Virus record (IMG/VR): IMGVR_UViG_3300045988_077276
Span: 1-64,000 of that record
Length of the DNA: 64,000 bases
From: a virus
Strand: one strand, 5' to 3'
A program made the position numbers and the translations under genes. Shown piece by piece: positions 25,153-34,262 of this stretch. A model generated the notes under the pieces. The model saw only the letters and a list, made by a program, of their open reading frames with translations. It searched no databases and had not been told where the DNA came from. Each line of letters begins with the position of its first letter. Position 1 is the stretch's first letter.

Positions 25153-25815
25153 ATGCAAGTAACATTACAGAATTATACACCGCTTGATACGGCTGCACAC
25201 GCAATGGGTCAATGCTATGGTAAGACTTTAAGTGTTGATGCCTTAGTGCGAGCCGTTCATAGCGGTCATTTATCACTATTGGAACACACGTTGGTGACAT
25301 TCGATATTGAAATGTCGCAAAAATGCCTTGCACAAATTACACGACACAGACATTTGTCTTTCACCGTGAAATCTACACGTGGCACAGACTTTGCGGATTC
25401 CACATGGTTTGATTCAACCGAGCATCCAGAGATTACCAAAGACATGGGTCAACTCATGAATAAATTAATCGAGAATCAAATTCTGGAATACAGACGGTTG
25501 GTTCAATCTGGAGTGCCATATCAAGTTGCAGCCTATGTGTTACCATTGGCGACAAACGTGACAATGACCGTAAGTGGTTCATTGCGAACATGGATGGAGT
25601 ATTTACCGAAGCGATTATGCAAACGTGCATCTACGGAACACCAACAGGTGGCACGAGAGATTTACCATAAGCTAAATATGATTTATCCATCGTTGGTCAA
25701 TCTCACTACGTTGGGAATGTGTAACGGTTGTACAGAAACTTCATGTGATTTTACAACACATAAGAAACAACCGAAAACACCTGTTGTTATTGAATTACGG
25801 AAAGAAGACAAATAA
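25153..25815 (+). CDS. thyX: FAD-dependent thymidylate synthase ThyX
   Basis: ITRHRHLSFTVKSTRG is the ThyX RHRxxSxxxxSxR signature. Confidence 0.9.
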   Translation: MQVTLQNYTPLDTAAHAMGQCYGKTLSVDALVRAVHSGHLSLLEHTLVTFDIEMSQKCLAQITRHRHLSFTVKSTRGTDFADSTWFDSTEHPEITKDMGQLMNKLIENQILEYRRLVQSGVPYQVAAYVLPLATNVTMTVSGSLRTWMEYLPKRLCKRASTEHQQVAREIYHKLNMIYPSLVNLTTLGMCNGCTETSCDFTTHKKQPKTPVVIELRKEDK

Positions 25816-26090
25816 TGAATATTTTGAAAAACATTCTATTGGTTATCATTGGTATTCTTGGTAGTATCGGCGTTGTAGTCGTGGCACTTGCAACAAAATT
25901 CGCATGGCTTGCCACAGGTATTGCCTTTGTGTTGTATCTATTGCAATTTTATGTGACTGATTTCGCAACAGTTGCGATGATATTCTGGATTGCTGTCAAG
26001 TTGTCAATCGTACTTGGGGTTGTTCTTATTGTTCTTGCCCTAGGCAAAGTACTTGTTGATACGGAGGAACGTAATGGAAAAGGTCTATAA
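25815..26090 (+). CDS. membrane protein (3 TM)
   Basis: The sequence is strongly hydrophobic throughout. Confidence 0.6.
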   Translation: MNILKNILLVIIGILGSIGVVVVALATKFAWLATGIAFVLYLLQFYVTDFATVAMIFWIAVKLSIVLGVVLIVLALGKVLVDTEERNGKGL

Positions 26091-26301
26091 TGTCACCTAT
26101 AGTGGCACATTCTATGGTGAAGCACGGATTACCGCCCATAGTGAAGAAGAAGCATATGATATTGCATCTGACTTAACGGATTGTTTCGACATTCATACAA
26201 CCATCTGTCAATACGATGTGGATGGTCAGGTCGAAGAAGTGACAATTTCTGACATCGAAGAAGAAGAACCAGATTACGAGGAAGACGAGGAGGATTTATA
26301 A
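26074..26301 (+). CDS. small acidic protein
   Basis: ATG 26074 follows GGAGGA. C-terminal tail DIEEEEPDYEEDEEDL. Confidence 0.55.
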   Translation: MEKVYNVTYSGTFYGEARITAHSEEEAYDIASDLTDCFDIHTTICQYDVDGQVEEVTISDIEEEEPDYEEDEEDL

Positions 26302-26573
26302 TGCTTCGTGAAGTACTTCGTAATTTTCAGTTTACCGAGGGCGATTTAATTTATATTGAGGGTCGTCCAGCCCTAGTCATAAATGCATACACAACATGGA
26401 TTAAGGTTCTAATGCTTCGGAATGGCAAAATTGAAACCAGAAACATTGAAAGAGAGCGTATCGGTAACGCATGGAATAATGTGCATATTGACTATTATGA
26501 AACTATCAATTTAACACCAGATATGGAAAAGTTAATAGAGTTCTTAACTGGTGCTTCACACCTAGGGAGATAA
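26301..26573 (+). CDS. hypothetical protein (paralog of 26575..26838)
   Basis: Shares the GDL.Y..G.PA.V...........LML..G...T..I.R...GN pattern with the next ORF. Confidence 0.6.
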   Translation: MLREVLRNFQFTEGDLIYIEGRPALVINAYTTWIKVLMLRNGKIETRNIERERIGNAWNNVHIDYYETINLTPDMEKLIEFLTGASHLGR

Positions 26574-26574
26574 C

Positions 26575-26838
26575 ATGAATACGCATGATTTCAAACGTGG
26601 TGACCTTGTGTATGCCAATGGTTTGCCAGCCGTGGTATATTATGTGTCGCCACTACAGATACGCATACTAATGCTGAAGCGTGGTGACTTAAAAACATAT
26701 CGGATTAATCGTGACGAAACATACGGAAACATACGAAATGTCCGCATTGAGTTTATTAAAGCATCAAAAGAAAACTTGGTAATTGATTCTATTATGGATT
26801 CGTTACGTAAGATTGGAGAAAAGTATGAACACTATTAA
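26575..26838 (+). CDS. hypothetical protein (paralog of 26301..26573)
   Basis: See the previous feature. GGGAGA SD. Confidence 0.6.
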   Translation: MNTHDFKRGDLVYANGLPAVVYYVSPLQIRILMLKRGDLKTYRINRDETYGNIRNVRIEFIKASKENLVIDSIMDSLRKIGEKYEHY

Positions 26839-27268
26839 GCCAAAGTTTAAACATGGTGATATTATCTCATGTAAATCTGGGAATACATGGATTGTCGCCC
26901 AAGCAAGCAATGATACAGGGTGCTATTATGGGTTTAACGTAGACTCAACGTATACAATGCCATATGAAAGACAAGACAATTTCAAGAAGATTGGTGAGTT
27001 CCCATTAAAAACCATCAATGATGCCATTGACGATGCCAAACGACAATCACTTGATTTACAAACACAAGTCAATATAGCAGTCAATCTAATGGGGCAACTG
27101 TTGGGTACAAACGATGCGTTATTATTGGTGTTGACCGATATGCGTGTTGACAAAGATAAAAACATTGTGTTGGTCAAATGTTCTGATGGCATCGGAAGAC
27201 CAGACAGATGGATACCGATTGTTGACCTGTGTGAAGAATATGGAGTAAATACAGATGGACTTCGATAG
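26825..27268 (+). CDS. hypothetical protein
   Basis: ATG 26825 follows GGAGAA, in frame with track ORF 26783..27268. Confidence 0.6.
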   Translation: MNTIKPKFKHGDIISCKSGNTWIVAQASNDTGCYYGFNVDSTYTMPYERQDNFKKIGEFPLKTINDAIDDAKRQSLDLQTQVNIAVNLMGQLLGTNDALLLVLTDMRVDKDKNIVLVKCSDGIGRPDRWIPIVDLCEEYGVNTDGLR

Positions 27269-27776
27269 ACATAATCTATTGGTTCTCTGGGGTTTGCCAG
27301 CCAGTGGCAAGTCAACCTATGTGAGAGAACACAAGTTGGAAGACTATTGTGTATCTTATGACCACATTCGTGATATTATCGGTGGTAAACATTATGCGTT
27401 CCGATATGGTAAGCTGCAAATTGACCCAGATGTGGAACGTGCTGCACACCAGATGTCGTTATATGCAATCTCATGCCGTATGCGGACTGGGGATTTTATC
27501 GTGTATGATAACACAAATACATTACCGCAAGACGTTCTCAACCAAGAAATGCAATTCTTAAAAGACTTGTGTGATATACATGATTACACATTATGGTACA
27601 AGCGGTTTGATACCGATGTTGAAACGTGTTTAAAACGTTCTAAAGAACGCTCACGGTACGAACCAACGGAAGAAGTCATGCGACAACAAGAGTTATACTT
27701 TAGAAGCGCACGGATGCCATCGTTTGTACGTAATTTTGATTATAGTGGATATGATGGTTTAGCATTGGAGGATTAA
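27255..27776 (+). CDS. P-loop kinase, AAA_33 / polynucleotide-kinase-like
   Basis: LLVLWGLPASGKSTYV Walker A and FIVYDNTN, as in the T4 Pnk kinase domain family. Confidence 0.6.
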   Translation: MDFDRHNLLVLWGLPASGKSTYVREHKLEDYCVSYDHIRDIIGGKHYAFRYGKLQIDPDVERAAHQMSLYAISCRMRTGDFIVYDNTNTLPQDVLNQEMQFLKDLCDIHDYTLWYKRFDTDVETCLKRSKERSRYEPTEEVMRQQELYFRSARMPSFVRNFDYSGYDGLALED

Positions 27777-27778
27777 TT

Positions 27779-28180
27779 ATGGATTTTCAAATTGGCGATG
27801 TTGTCATGTATTGTGGCTATGGTTGTATTGTTGTTGACTTTGATGAGGACAATAATTTGTTGGTACTAACAGATGGCTCTTTAACAGAAACCGAAGTTGA
27901 TACCGAAGATGTTATTAAGATTGGTCATGACTATACGTTTGCACAAAGTATCGTAGATAAAATCAAGCATATTCAGTTGATACATGAACAAGACCTGTTG
28001 GAGAACAAGTTACATCTGATTGACTGCATCCAAGCCGAAGACTTTACCCATAATGGTAACACATATACTGTCACTGGTAAAAAAAAGAAAGACAACAAGT
28101 ATCTATATTGTCAGATACATGGTGAGAACGGCTATGAGTGGATACTTGTGGAAGATTTACTTGATAAATTCTTTAAGTAA
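27779..28180 (+). CDS. hypothetical protein
   Basis: Track ORF with a GGAGGA SD. Confidence 0.6.
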   Translation: MDFQIGDVVMYCGYGCIVVDFDEDNNLLVLTDGSLTETEVDTEDVIKIGHDYTFAQSIVDKIKHIQLIHEQDLLENKLHLIDCIQAEDFTHNGNTYTVTGKKKKDNKYLYCQIHGENGYEWILVEDLLDKFFK

Positions 28181-28209
28181 ACAACTTTTGTAAATTTCAA
28201 AATAAATAA

Positions 28210-28237
28210 TTGACATAAAACAACCGTATGGTATAAT
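28210..28237 (+). promoter_or_regulatory. promoter (first of a tandem pair)
   Basis: TTGACA 28210-28215, a 16 nt spacer ending in TGG, TATAAT 28232-28237. Confidence 0.7.
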
Positions 28238-28331
28238 GTAATCAACGAATGGGAAACAACCCATGTTGAAACATTATATTGTACGGTTTTTGTGTATCAA
28301 AATTAATCTTTAAAAATTCTCAAATTAATAC

Positions 28332-28359
28332 TTGACACATATATCAAATATGATATAAT
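28332..28359 (+). promoter_or_regulatory. promoter (second of a tandem pair)
   Basis: TTGACA 28332-28337, a 16 nt spacer ending in TGA, TATAAT 28354-28359. Confidence 0.7.
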
Positions 28360-28417
28360 GATTACAGAAACAGAAATTAGTATTATTAATGGGGTTCATC
28401 CCCTTTAGGAGGAAATT

Positions 28418-28747
28418 ATGTTATTCAAATTCTCAAACAACACAACAACAACTTTTGTAAGAACTTTCGTATTCAATGCCAAAACGGCAGACATTATCGT
28501 TCTCGACAATGAATTGTCAAACATGAAAATTCATGTGCCAGTCAGTAGAATTGATGCAGACTTGTTAAACAAGATGTTCAACACTATGACACATAAGTTA
28601 TTAAACGATGCATTGGACAATCGTATTCCATACGTATATGTCAACTTGCGATTGTTCGTTGAAAACTATGAAAAGTCACTTGCTGCTGGTTATGATTCTA
28701 TTGGATATGACCGTACAACAGGTTGTAAGAAAAGCGTCACCCTATAG
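28418..28747 (+). CDS. hypothetical protein
   Basis: Track ORF with an AGGAGGA SD. Confidence 0.6.
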   Translation: MLFKFSNNTTTTFVRTFVFNAKTADIIVLDNELSNMKIHVPVSRIDADLLNKMFNTMTHKLLNDALDNRIPYVYVNLRLFVENYEKSLAAGYDSIGYDRTTGCKKSVTL

Positions 28748-28758
28748 GAGGTTATAAC

Positions 28759-29097
28759 ATGGCAAGTCTACCAGAGTTTTTGCAACACTTGAAATGTTTC
28801 GATGGTTGGGAAGTCCAAAGTGACCCCAAAGAAGCCGTCAAACGGTACTATGAGAAACATCCAAACGAACTATTGAAGAAACAACGCAAAACAAAACCAA
28901 AGCCAAAACGAATGTATGGCAAGAGTTATGGAGCATTGGATTTACCACCAAGACCCTGTGAGGAGTGTGGTCAAATGTTTAAACCATCACAAATTCGTTC
29001 TCGGTTTTGTTCACACAAATGTAGCGGTCGTTACCACAGTCGCAAACAGTATGCAAAACTAAAGGAACAAGATTTAGATTTAATGGAGGGAATATAA
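28759..29097 (+). CDS. hypothetical protein with a zinc-ribbon-like CEECG...CSHKC
   Basis: Track ORF with an AGGAGG SD. Confidence 0.6.
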   Translation: MASLPEFLQHLKCFDGWEVQSDPKEAVKRYYEKHPNELLKKQRKTKPKPKRMYGKSYGALDLPPRPCEECGQMFKPSQIRSRFCSHKCSGRYHSRKQYAKLKEQDLDLMEGI

Positions 29098-29262
29098 ATG
29101 GTTTACATTACAGTTAGAGAATTAAAGGATACGCATAGAACATATGTGTACGAAGATGATACATATGTTATGATTGATGGTCAATTTATTATGGCAAAGG
29201 ATGTCAAACCCAATACATGGTGGGATGACGAGTATATTACGGAAACGGAGGTACGACATTGA
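29098..29262 (+). CDS. small hypothetical protein (54 aa)
   Basis: Hand-translated MVYITVRELKDTHRTYVYEDDTYVMIDGQFIMAKDVKPNTWWDDEYITETEVRH. GGAGGG lies 7 nt upstream. It is below the track cutoff. Confidence 0.5.
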   Translation: MVYITVRELKDTHRTYVYEDDTYVMIDGQFIMAKDVKPNTWWDDEYITETEVRH

Positions 29263-29456
29263 ATATTATAACACAAATCAAACATGATTGTTATTCTCGT
29301 GCCAAATGGATACGTGAACAAACCTTACTGGGGATTAAATTGGATGAACTAGAGTTACAATCTGCACGGAATCTGGCGTATAATGCCTTTAAATGGGATT
29401 TTGATTCCGCAGCAAGTGAACTACAGAAAGCCATTAAAGAAAACCAAGCATTGTAG
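29259..29456 (+). CDS. hypothetical protein (TTG start)
   Basis: Track ORF. GGAGG lies 7 nt upstream of TTG 29259. Confidence 0.5.
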   Translation: MNIITQIKHDCYSRAKWIREQTLLGIKLDELELQSARNLAYNAFKWDFDSAASELQKAIKENQAL

Positions 29457-29483
29457 TCGTTAGAATACAAAGGAGATAAAACA

Positions 29484-29933
29484 TTGTCAAATCGAAGCTA
29501 TACACCAAGAAATCTATTATTGGATGCCACTTGTGGTTATCCCCTTGCACACTATGTTGAAACTCTCGCCAGCAACATTGATATGAACAAAGATGATACC
29601 AATGTGGAACTCAATACGTTGCGTTTGTCCATCTACAAGGGTATTCTAAGCGTGTTGCAACAAGATGCCTTAAGCGTTGAAAAATTACAGGAGCAAATCG
29701 CTGGATGGAAAACCATTAAGAAAATCGAAGACATCTCCAAGTTGATTAATGATGTAGATACATCGACACTCACCAAAGACGACCTAAGGAATGTCAAACG
29801 TGCCATCAAAGAGTTAGACGAGGTTGTAACGGCTATTGTCGATGGTATGAACAAAGTAATCAACAAATGTGCCACTTTGGCAAACAAGCACGAAAAGGTC
29901 ATTGAAAATCACATGGATAAAACGGAGGAATAG
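29484..29933 (+). CDS. hypothetical protein (TTG start)
   Basis: Track ORF. AAGGAGA lies upstream of TTG 29484. Confidence 0.55.
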   Translation: MSNRSYTPRNLLLDATCGYPLAHYVETLASNIDMNKDDTNVELNTLRLSIYKGILSVLQQDALSVEKLQEQIAGWKTIKKIEDISKLINDVDTSTLTKDDLRNVKRAIKELDEVVTAIVDGMNKVINKCATLANKHEKVIENHMDKTEE

Positions 29934-29937
29934 AATA

Positions 29938-30297
29938 TTGTCATATAGAACTTTTAGCCAAGTAATGTATCGTGTGGAAAACGTGTATCGTTTGTTGCCA
30001 CCAGATTTCTTCGAGGGCAACTATGAAACGTATGTTGTCAATACGAACGATGGTCATATGCTGGCTTTCAATCGCAAAACCAAGCATTATGATGTTGTTA
30101 AACAAACAACTGAATTATTCTTTTATCGGAACAATGGTTTGTTGACACATTATTCCCATAGTCATGGAATTTTCGATGATAAACCAACAATGCATTGGGT
30201 CAAACGTGACGACCAATTTACGGACGAAGAATACGATTTCATTTGTCAAATCGAAGATGCGTTACTAATCGAAGCAACACAGGAGGGGTGGTTGTAA
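29938..30297 (+). CDS. hypothetical protein (TTG start)
   Basis: TTG 29938 lies about 9 nt after GGAGGA, in frame with track ORF 29869..30297. Confidence 0.5.
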   Translation: MSYRTFSQVMYRVENVYRLLPPDFFEGNYETYVVNTNDGHMLAFNRKTKHYDVVKQTTELFFYRNNGLLTHYSHSHGIFDDKPTMHWVKRDDQFTDEEYDFICQIEDALLIEATQEGWL

Positions 30298-30317
30298 TAA
30301 CCACCCATGATACACAC

Positions 30318-30632
30318 ATGGATACACAACAATTGATGAAAACCATCGAAGAACAGAACCAAGTGATTATTGCCAAGGATGCCACAATTGACATTTTACA
30401 AAAAGACCTAAGGGATGCCAAAGGTGAATTACATGATATGTGTTTCGACAGGTCATGGCAAAAGATGCATAACGAATGGGTGACAGAAGCCATGCGACAA
30501 AAGTCAGTCAAGGTTGTCGGTGGATTTGAATACAACACTCGGTATGTACCGTTGCATCTATGTATCACGTTAAACATTGCGATTATTGCCTTTGGATTGT
30601 TTATGTTGTCTACGATGGGTGCGTTCAAATGA
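30318..30632 (+). CDS. coiled-coil protein with a C-terminal TM anchor
   Basis: In-frame ATG 30318; the start is uncertain because there is no clear SD. C-terminal segment LHLCITLNIAIIAFGLFMLSTMGAF. Confidence 0.45.
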   Translation: MDTQQLMKTIEEQNQVIIAKDATIDILQKDLRDAKGELHDMCFDRSWQKMHNEWVTEAMRQKSVKVVGGFEYNTRYVPLHLCITLNIAIIAFGLFMLSTMGAFK

Positions 30633-31054
30633 GTCATCATAGTAAACCAATGGACGACTTTTGGGAACAAATGTTTGACGAATTGGAAAACACAACGAGT
30701 AAACAATGGATGCAGTTTGTTGAAGATTACGAAAGGGAGAACCGACCAATGTTAGAAGCCATAGAATTATGCAATACGATATTAGAACTGATTGAATCTT
30801 TGGGAGAGCCATCGTTTTTACGTTTTGATGATATTTCAATTGTAAACGAATTTGGTGAATACGATTGTTATGGTGACAAATGTTCTGATATGTACATTAG
30901 AGTCTACAGAGAAGAAAAGTTGGTTTTATTTATTGACAAAACAACGTATGATGGTGTAGTCTATGATTACGACAGAACAGTCGATAAAATACCATTCCTA
31001 CAACACATTATTGAGTTGTTAAAACTAAAGTTGGAGCGTAACAAACATGAGTGA
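30629..31054 (+). CDS. hypothetical protein
   Basis: ATG 30629 overlaps the upstream stop as ATGA. Confidence 0.55.
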   Translation: MSHHSKPMDDFWEQMFDELENTTSKQWMQFVEDYERENRPMLEAIELCNTILELIESLGEPSFLRFDDISIVNEFGEYDCYGDKCSDMYIRVYREEKLVLFIDKTTYDGVVYDYDRTVDKIPFLQHIIELLKLKLERNKHE

Positions 31055-31322
31055 TATCCATAGACCATCTGGAGAACAGTCTATCGTTGCCGTATTCCAC
31101 AACCAACCGAAACATAGGTACAAGATTACTGCTAAATACGATAATTTTCCCCAAAGTATTATCTATTACAGTAACAAAACCGCAGATGAATTAATGCGTT
31201 GGTTCTTATCAGATATACGACATGGCAATCCTTGTCTTGTTCAAGATATAAACAGTAAATACCCTGTGGTTTTAAACCTAGGAAAAGCCAATGTTATTAC
31301 AATAGACATATTGGAGGAATAA
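31047..31322 (+). CDS. hypothetical protein
   Basis: Track ORF with a TGGAG SD. Confidence 0.6.
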   Translation: MSDIHRPSGEQSIVAVFHNQPKHRYKITAKYDNFPQSIIYYSNKTADELMRWFLSDIRHGNPCLVQDINSKYPVVLNLGKANVITIDILEE

Positions 31323-31324
31323 TC

Positions 31325-31723
31325 ATGTATATCACCGACAAGAAAACCTACTGTTGGACAACCGATGATTCTTGTGGACAACCGCAAGCAACTATTCAGG
31401 ATGCCATTCAAGACTTCTATGAATACGATTGTCAAAATCTTGATTGTCCAGCGGTTCTCATTGGACATCCATCGTATTATATCCCAGAGATGTTTAACGC
31501 AGAGCAATTGATGTGGGATATGAATGACAAAATCGAAGAAGATTATGACATCACATTAAACGATGAATTGACCGTTGACCAAGACCAAGAATTGGAAGAA
31601 CGGTTGCAACAAACATTATACCAATTCTTGAAAGAACACAAGTTGGACAAGCGTATATGGACTGTGTTTGAATCAACGGAATACAAACCAAAAGACTTTG
31701 GTATTGATTTATCTGATTTTTAA
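31325..31723 (+). CDS. hypothetical protein (acidic)
   Basis: Track ORF with a GGAGGA SD. Confidence 0.6.
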   Translation: MYITDKKTYCWTTDDSCGQPQATIQDAIQDFYEYDCQNLDCPAVLIGHPSYYIPEMFNAEQLMWDMNDKIEEDYDITLNDELTVDQDQELEERLQQTLYQFLKEHKLDKRIWTVFESTEYKPKDFGIDLSDF

Positions 31724-31737
31724 CCAACGGAGGAAAC

Positions 31738-32049
31738 ATGGAAGTTTATATTTTTCAAAAGAATAAACGATGTCCATATCTACACTATGCCTTTCTGACA
31801 ACAGAAATAGAGCGGTATGCCAATGAGAACTTAGACTGGCAAACTAAGTCAGAACACCAAGTAGATATTCCGTTTTTATACAAATGGTTAGCCGATGTAC
31901 ACCAACGCAAAGAATCTTATCTAAAAGATTGTAATGAAACACAAGGTTTAATTTATCGAATATCAGCAGAAACGTTGCAAGATATTATTGATATTGTAGA
32001 ACCTATGAGTGGAGAAAGTTGGTTTGAGGTTTATTTAACACGATTTTAA
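31738..32049 (+). CDS. hypothetical protein
   Basis: Track ORF with a GGAGGA SD. Confidence 0.6.
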   Translation: MEVYIFQKNKRCPYLHYAFLTTEIERYANENLDWQTKSEHQVDIPFLYKWLADVHQRKESYLKDCNETQGLIYRISAETLQDIIDIVEPMSGESWFEVYLTRF

Positions 32050-32066
32050 CCCTAGGAGGAAAACAC

Positions 32067-32852
32067 ATGACACCATTAGACATTATCGAAGAATATTTTA
32101 CTAAGAGTGACTATGTTGCATTTCTGCGAGGTAGCATCATAATGTATCTATTGGAAGACAAACCATTGGATACTGTAAAATTTAAGCTGCATACAGACAA
32201 GTTGGTGGATGCCTTAGATAAAGAACAAGTCGAAAAGATAGATGTTTATCGCCCAACGGTTACACCACAGATTAAATCTTTTGATTATACTGAGGTGGAA
32301 CCAACGGTTGACCTTGATGAACCACAAGTGCAACCAACCACAATAGACGAGCCACGTGCGTATGAATTTAAAATTGGCGACCGTGTTGTTGTTTCTAAAG
32401 GTACCGATGATGAACGAACAGGCACAATCATTAGATTGCCTAGGGATAATAGTCGATACCAAGAATATATTGTTGAGTTAGATGATAAAACACTTGGTTG
32501 GGAAGCCACGATTGCAAAAGAGGGTGTGTCTTGTAAAAACGCATGGTATGCCTGTAAAGGAACCATGACTCTTTTAGAACCATCTATAAAGGGTTCTTTG
32601 GAAGTCGGTAAATGGTATCATACCACAGATTTCACGGTAGAAGAATTATCCGCATTGTTACCAAAGGGAACAATCGTTGAAACCGAACAAGAAGTATTGT
32701 ACGCTGGTATCGAAACAGAGCCACCAACAAAAACGGTAACAAAGGTTGTCGAGGAAGTCACAATATCTATGTTCGGTGATAAAGCACTTATTGTAGTTAC
32801 CGAAAGCAGCTTCTTAAAAGAATGGTTTAAAATCCTACAGGAGAACAAATAA
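32067..32852 (+). CDS. hypothetical protein
   Basis: Track ORF with an AGGAGGA SD. Confidence 0.6.
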   Translation: MTPLDIIEEYFTKSDYVAFLRGSIIMYLLEDKPLDTVKFKLHTDKLVDALDKEQVEKIDVYRPTVTPQIKSFDYTEVEPTVDLDEPQVQPTTIDEPRAYEFKIGDRVVVSKGTDDERTGTIIRLPRDNSRYQEYIVELDDKTLGWEATIAKEGVSCKNAWYACKGTMTLLEPSIKGSLEVGKWYHTTDFTVEELSALLPKGTIVETEQEVLYAGIETEPPTKTVTKVVEEVTISMFGDKALIVVTESSFLKEWFKILQENK

Positions 32853-33151
32853 TGGTACTGACAGAAACACAACAAGAAGAATTAAATCGTTTATTAATGG
32901 AAGATGGCGACCTATTGGAAGAATTGGTATGGGATGCACCAGATTATCTACAGAAGATTGATGAAAAACTTGTGGATGTAGACGAGTGGTATCACACCAA
33001 AGATTACATATTCCAGTGTGTTGACAATAGATACTTTTGTTTGACAATCACCAAGCACAGTTCCATGGGTGATGTCGAAAGTGCATATTTCTATGAAGTA
33101 TTCCCAAAAGAAATTTTAACAACTGTTTATGTGTCAGCGGAGGACTTATAA
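32852..33151 (+). CDS. hypothetical protein
   Basis: Track ORF with an AGGAGA SD and a TAATG overlap. Confidence 0.6.
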   Translation: MVLTETQQEELNRLLMEDGDLLEELVWDAPDYLQKIDEKLVDVDEWYHTKDYIFQCVDNRYFCLTITKHSSMGDVESAYFYEVFPKEILTTVYVSAEDL

Positions 33152-33567
33152 TGGATATTACAAACCAATGTGCAGCCGTTAAAGAACCAGAAAATAAGAA
33201 CTCAAAAATGCCATTGCGGTATCAACTAGAGATGGAACTGTTAGGCAGTCAAAACGCACGTTTGATAGACCAACGGAATAAATTATTGGATATGGTCGAA
33301 CGGTTACAATCCGTAGAAGAACCAAAACCAATGAATAAAATCGAAATGATACAAACACCAGCTGGTTATGTCAAAGTCGGTGATGTGATTGGGTACGACC
33401 GCAGCAACAAACGTATTCGCTTTGGTACTGTTAGTAAGCTAAATAAAGATGGAGTGATTTGGCTTACACATTCGTATTGCGTTGTGTTTGGTGACGATGG
33501 TAAACAGGAGATTTACCAATCAATGGATGGTTCTATTGAACACTATCGTGTTTGCAAAGTATTGTAA
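33151..33567 (+). CDS. hypothetical protein
   Basis: Track ORF with a GGAGGA SD. Confidence 0.6.
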   Translation: MDITNQCAAVKEPENKNSKMPLRYQLEMELLGSQNARLIDQRNKLLDMVERLQSVEEPKPMNKIEMIQTPAGYVKVGDVIGYDRSNKRIRFGTVSKLNKDGVIWLTHSYCVVFGDDGKQEIYQSMDGSIEHYRVCKVL

Positions 33568-33661
33568 TCCAATTACACAAAACCCAATTCCAAAAAATTA
33601 AAAACCAAAAAATAAAAAACAAGATTTCAAAAAATAAAACGCAGAATTTTCAAAATTCGTG

Positions 33662-33690
33662 TTGACGTTTATAATCTTGTGTGCTATAAT
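33662..33690 (+). promoter_or_regulatory. promoter of a stand-alone ncRNA, preceded by phased A-tracts
   Basis: TTGACG 33662-33667, a 17 nt spacer, TATAAT 33685-33690. Runs of A5-6 lie across 33590-33650. Confidence 0.7.
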
Positions 33691-33696
33691 GTGTTT

Positions 33697-33880
33697 GTCG
33701 GTGGTTAGTCAATCTAATAATCACCAAAACAATACAGCTAACAAAACTACAGAACAAAAATCACCTTCATCAACTCGTTGTGTAGTCAATAACCACCGAC
33801 AACCATTTTATATAAACCACGGTATATAATGTAGCACCACCGTCTATGGTGCAACCGTCCACGATACCGTGGTCTTTTTT
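33697..33880 (+). ncRNA. candidate ~185 nt small RNA (promoter, two long helices, intrinsic terminator, no ORF)
   Basis: A 12 bp helix, TGTCGGTGGTTA (33696-33707) with TAACCACCGACA (33790-33801), encloses a G-poor C/A-rich ~80 nt loop. A 10 bp helix, ACCACGGTAT (33816-33825) with ATACCGTGGT (33864-33873), is followed by C + T6. Confidence 0.6.
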
Positions 33881-34167
33881 ATGTCCACACATATGAATGG
33901 TTGTTCATGTGTTCATCAATGTGTGGCATCCGTGGTTTGTCTATGGTGCGTACTATTGGGATATACATACGCACATACCGAACATATCTATTGTTATTAT
34001 CTATTGTAGTCCACAGAATTTATACGTTGACCGCATCATACGCTGCATCCATATGTGATACCACGAATAACATCGTGTGTGGTAACGGTGGACACCATGT
34101 GTGCGACATACAATACCACATACGTATACCACATGATATTCCGTGGTTATAATACCTATATAATTCA

Positions 34168-34262
34168 TTCTATGGCGTTCTGTGGTGCGTTTACACCGAG
34201 CCACATATGTTTATATACCCCATCTATTAAACACGCCATATAACGCAAATAAATCAATTTTT
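34168..34262 (+). repeat. accessory-region repeat unit, copy C1 (degenerate, forward)
   Basis: Contains GCGTTCTGTGGTGCGT and AAACACGCCATATAACGCAAATAAATCAATT, matching blocks of C2, C4 and C5. Confidence 0.5.
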
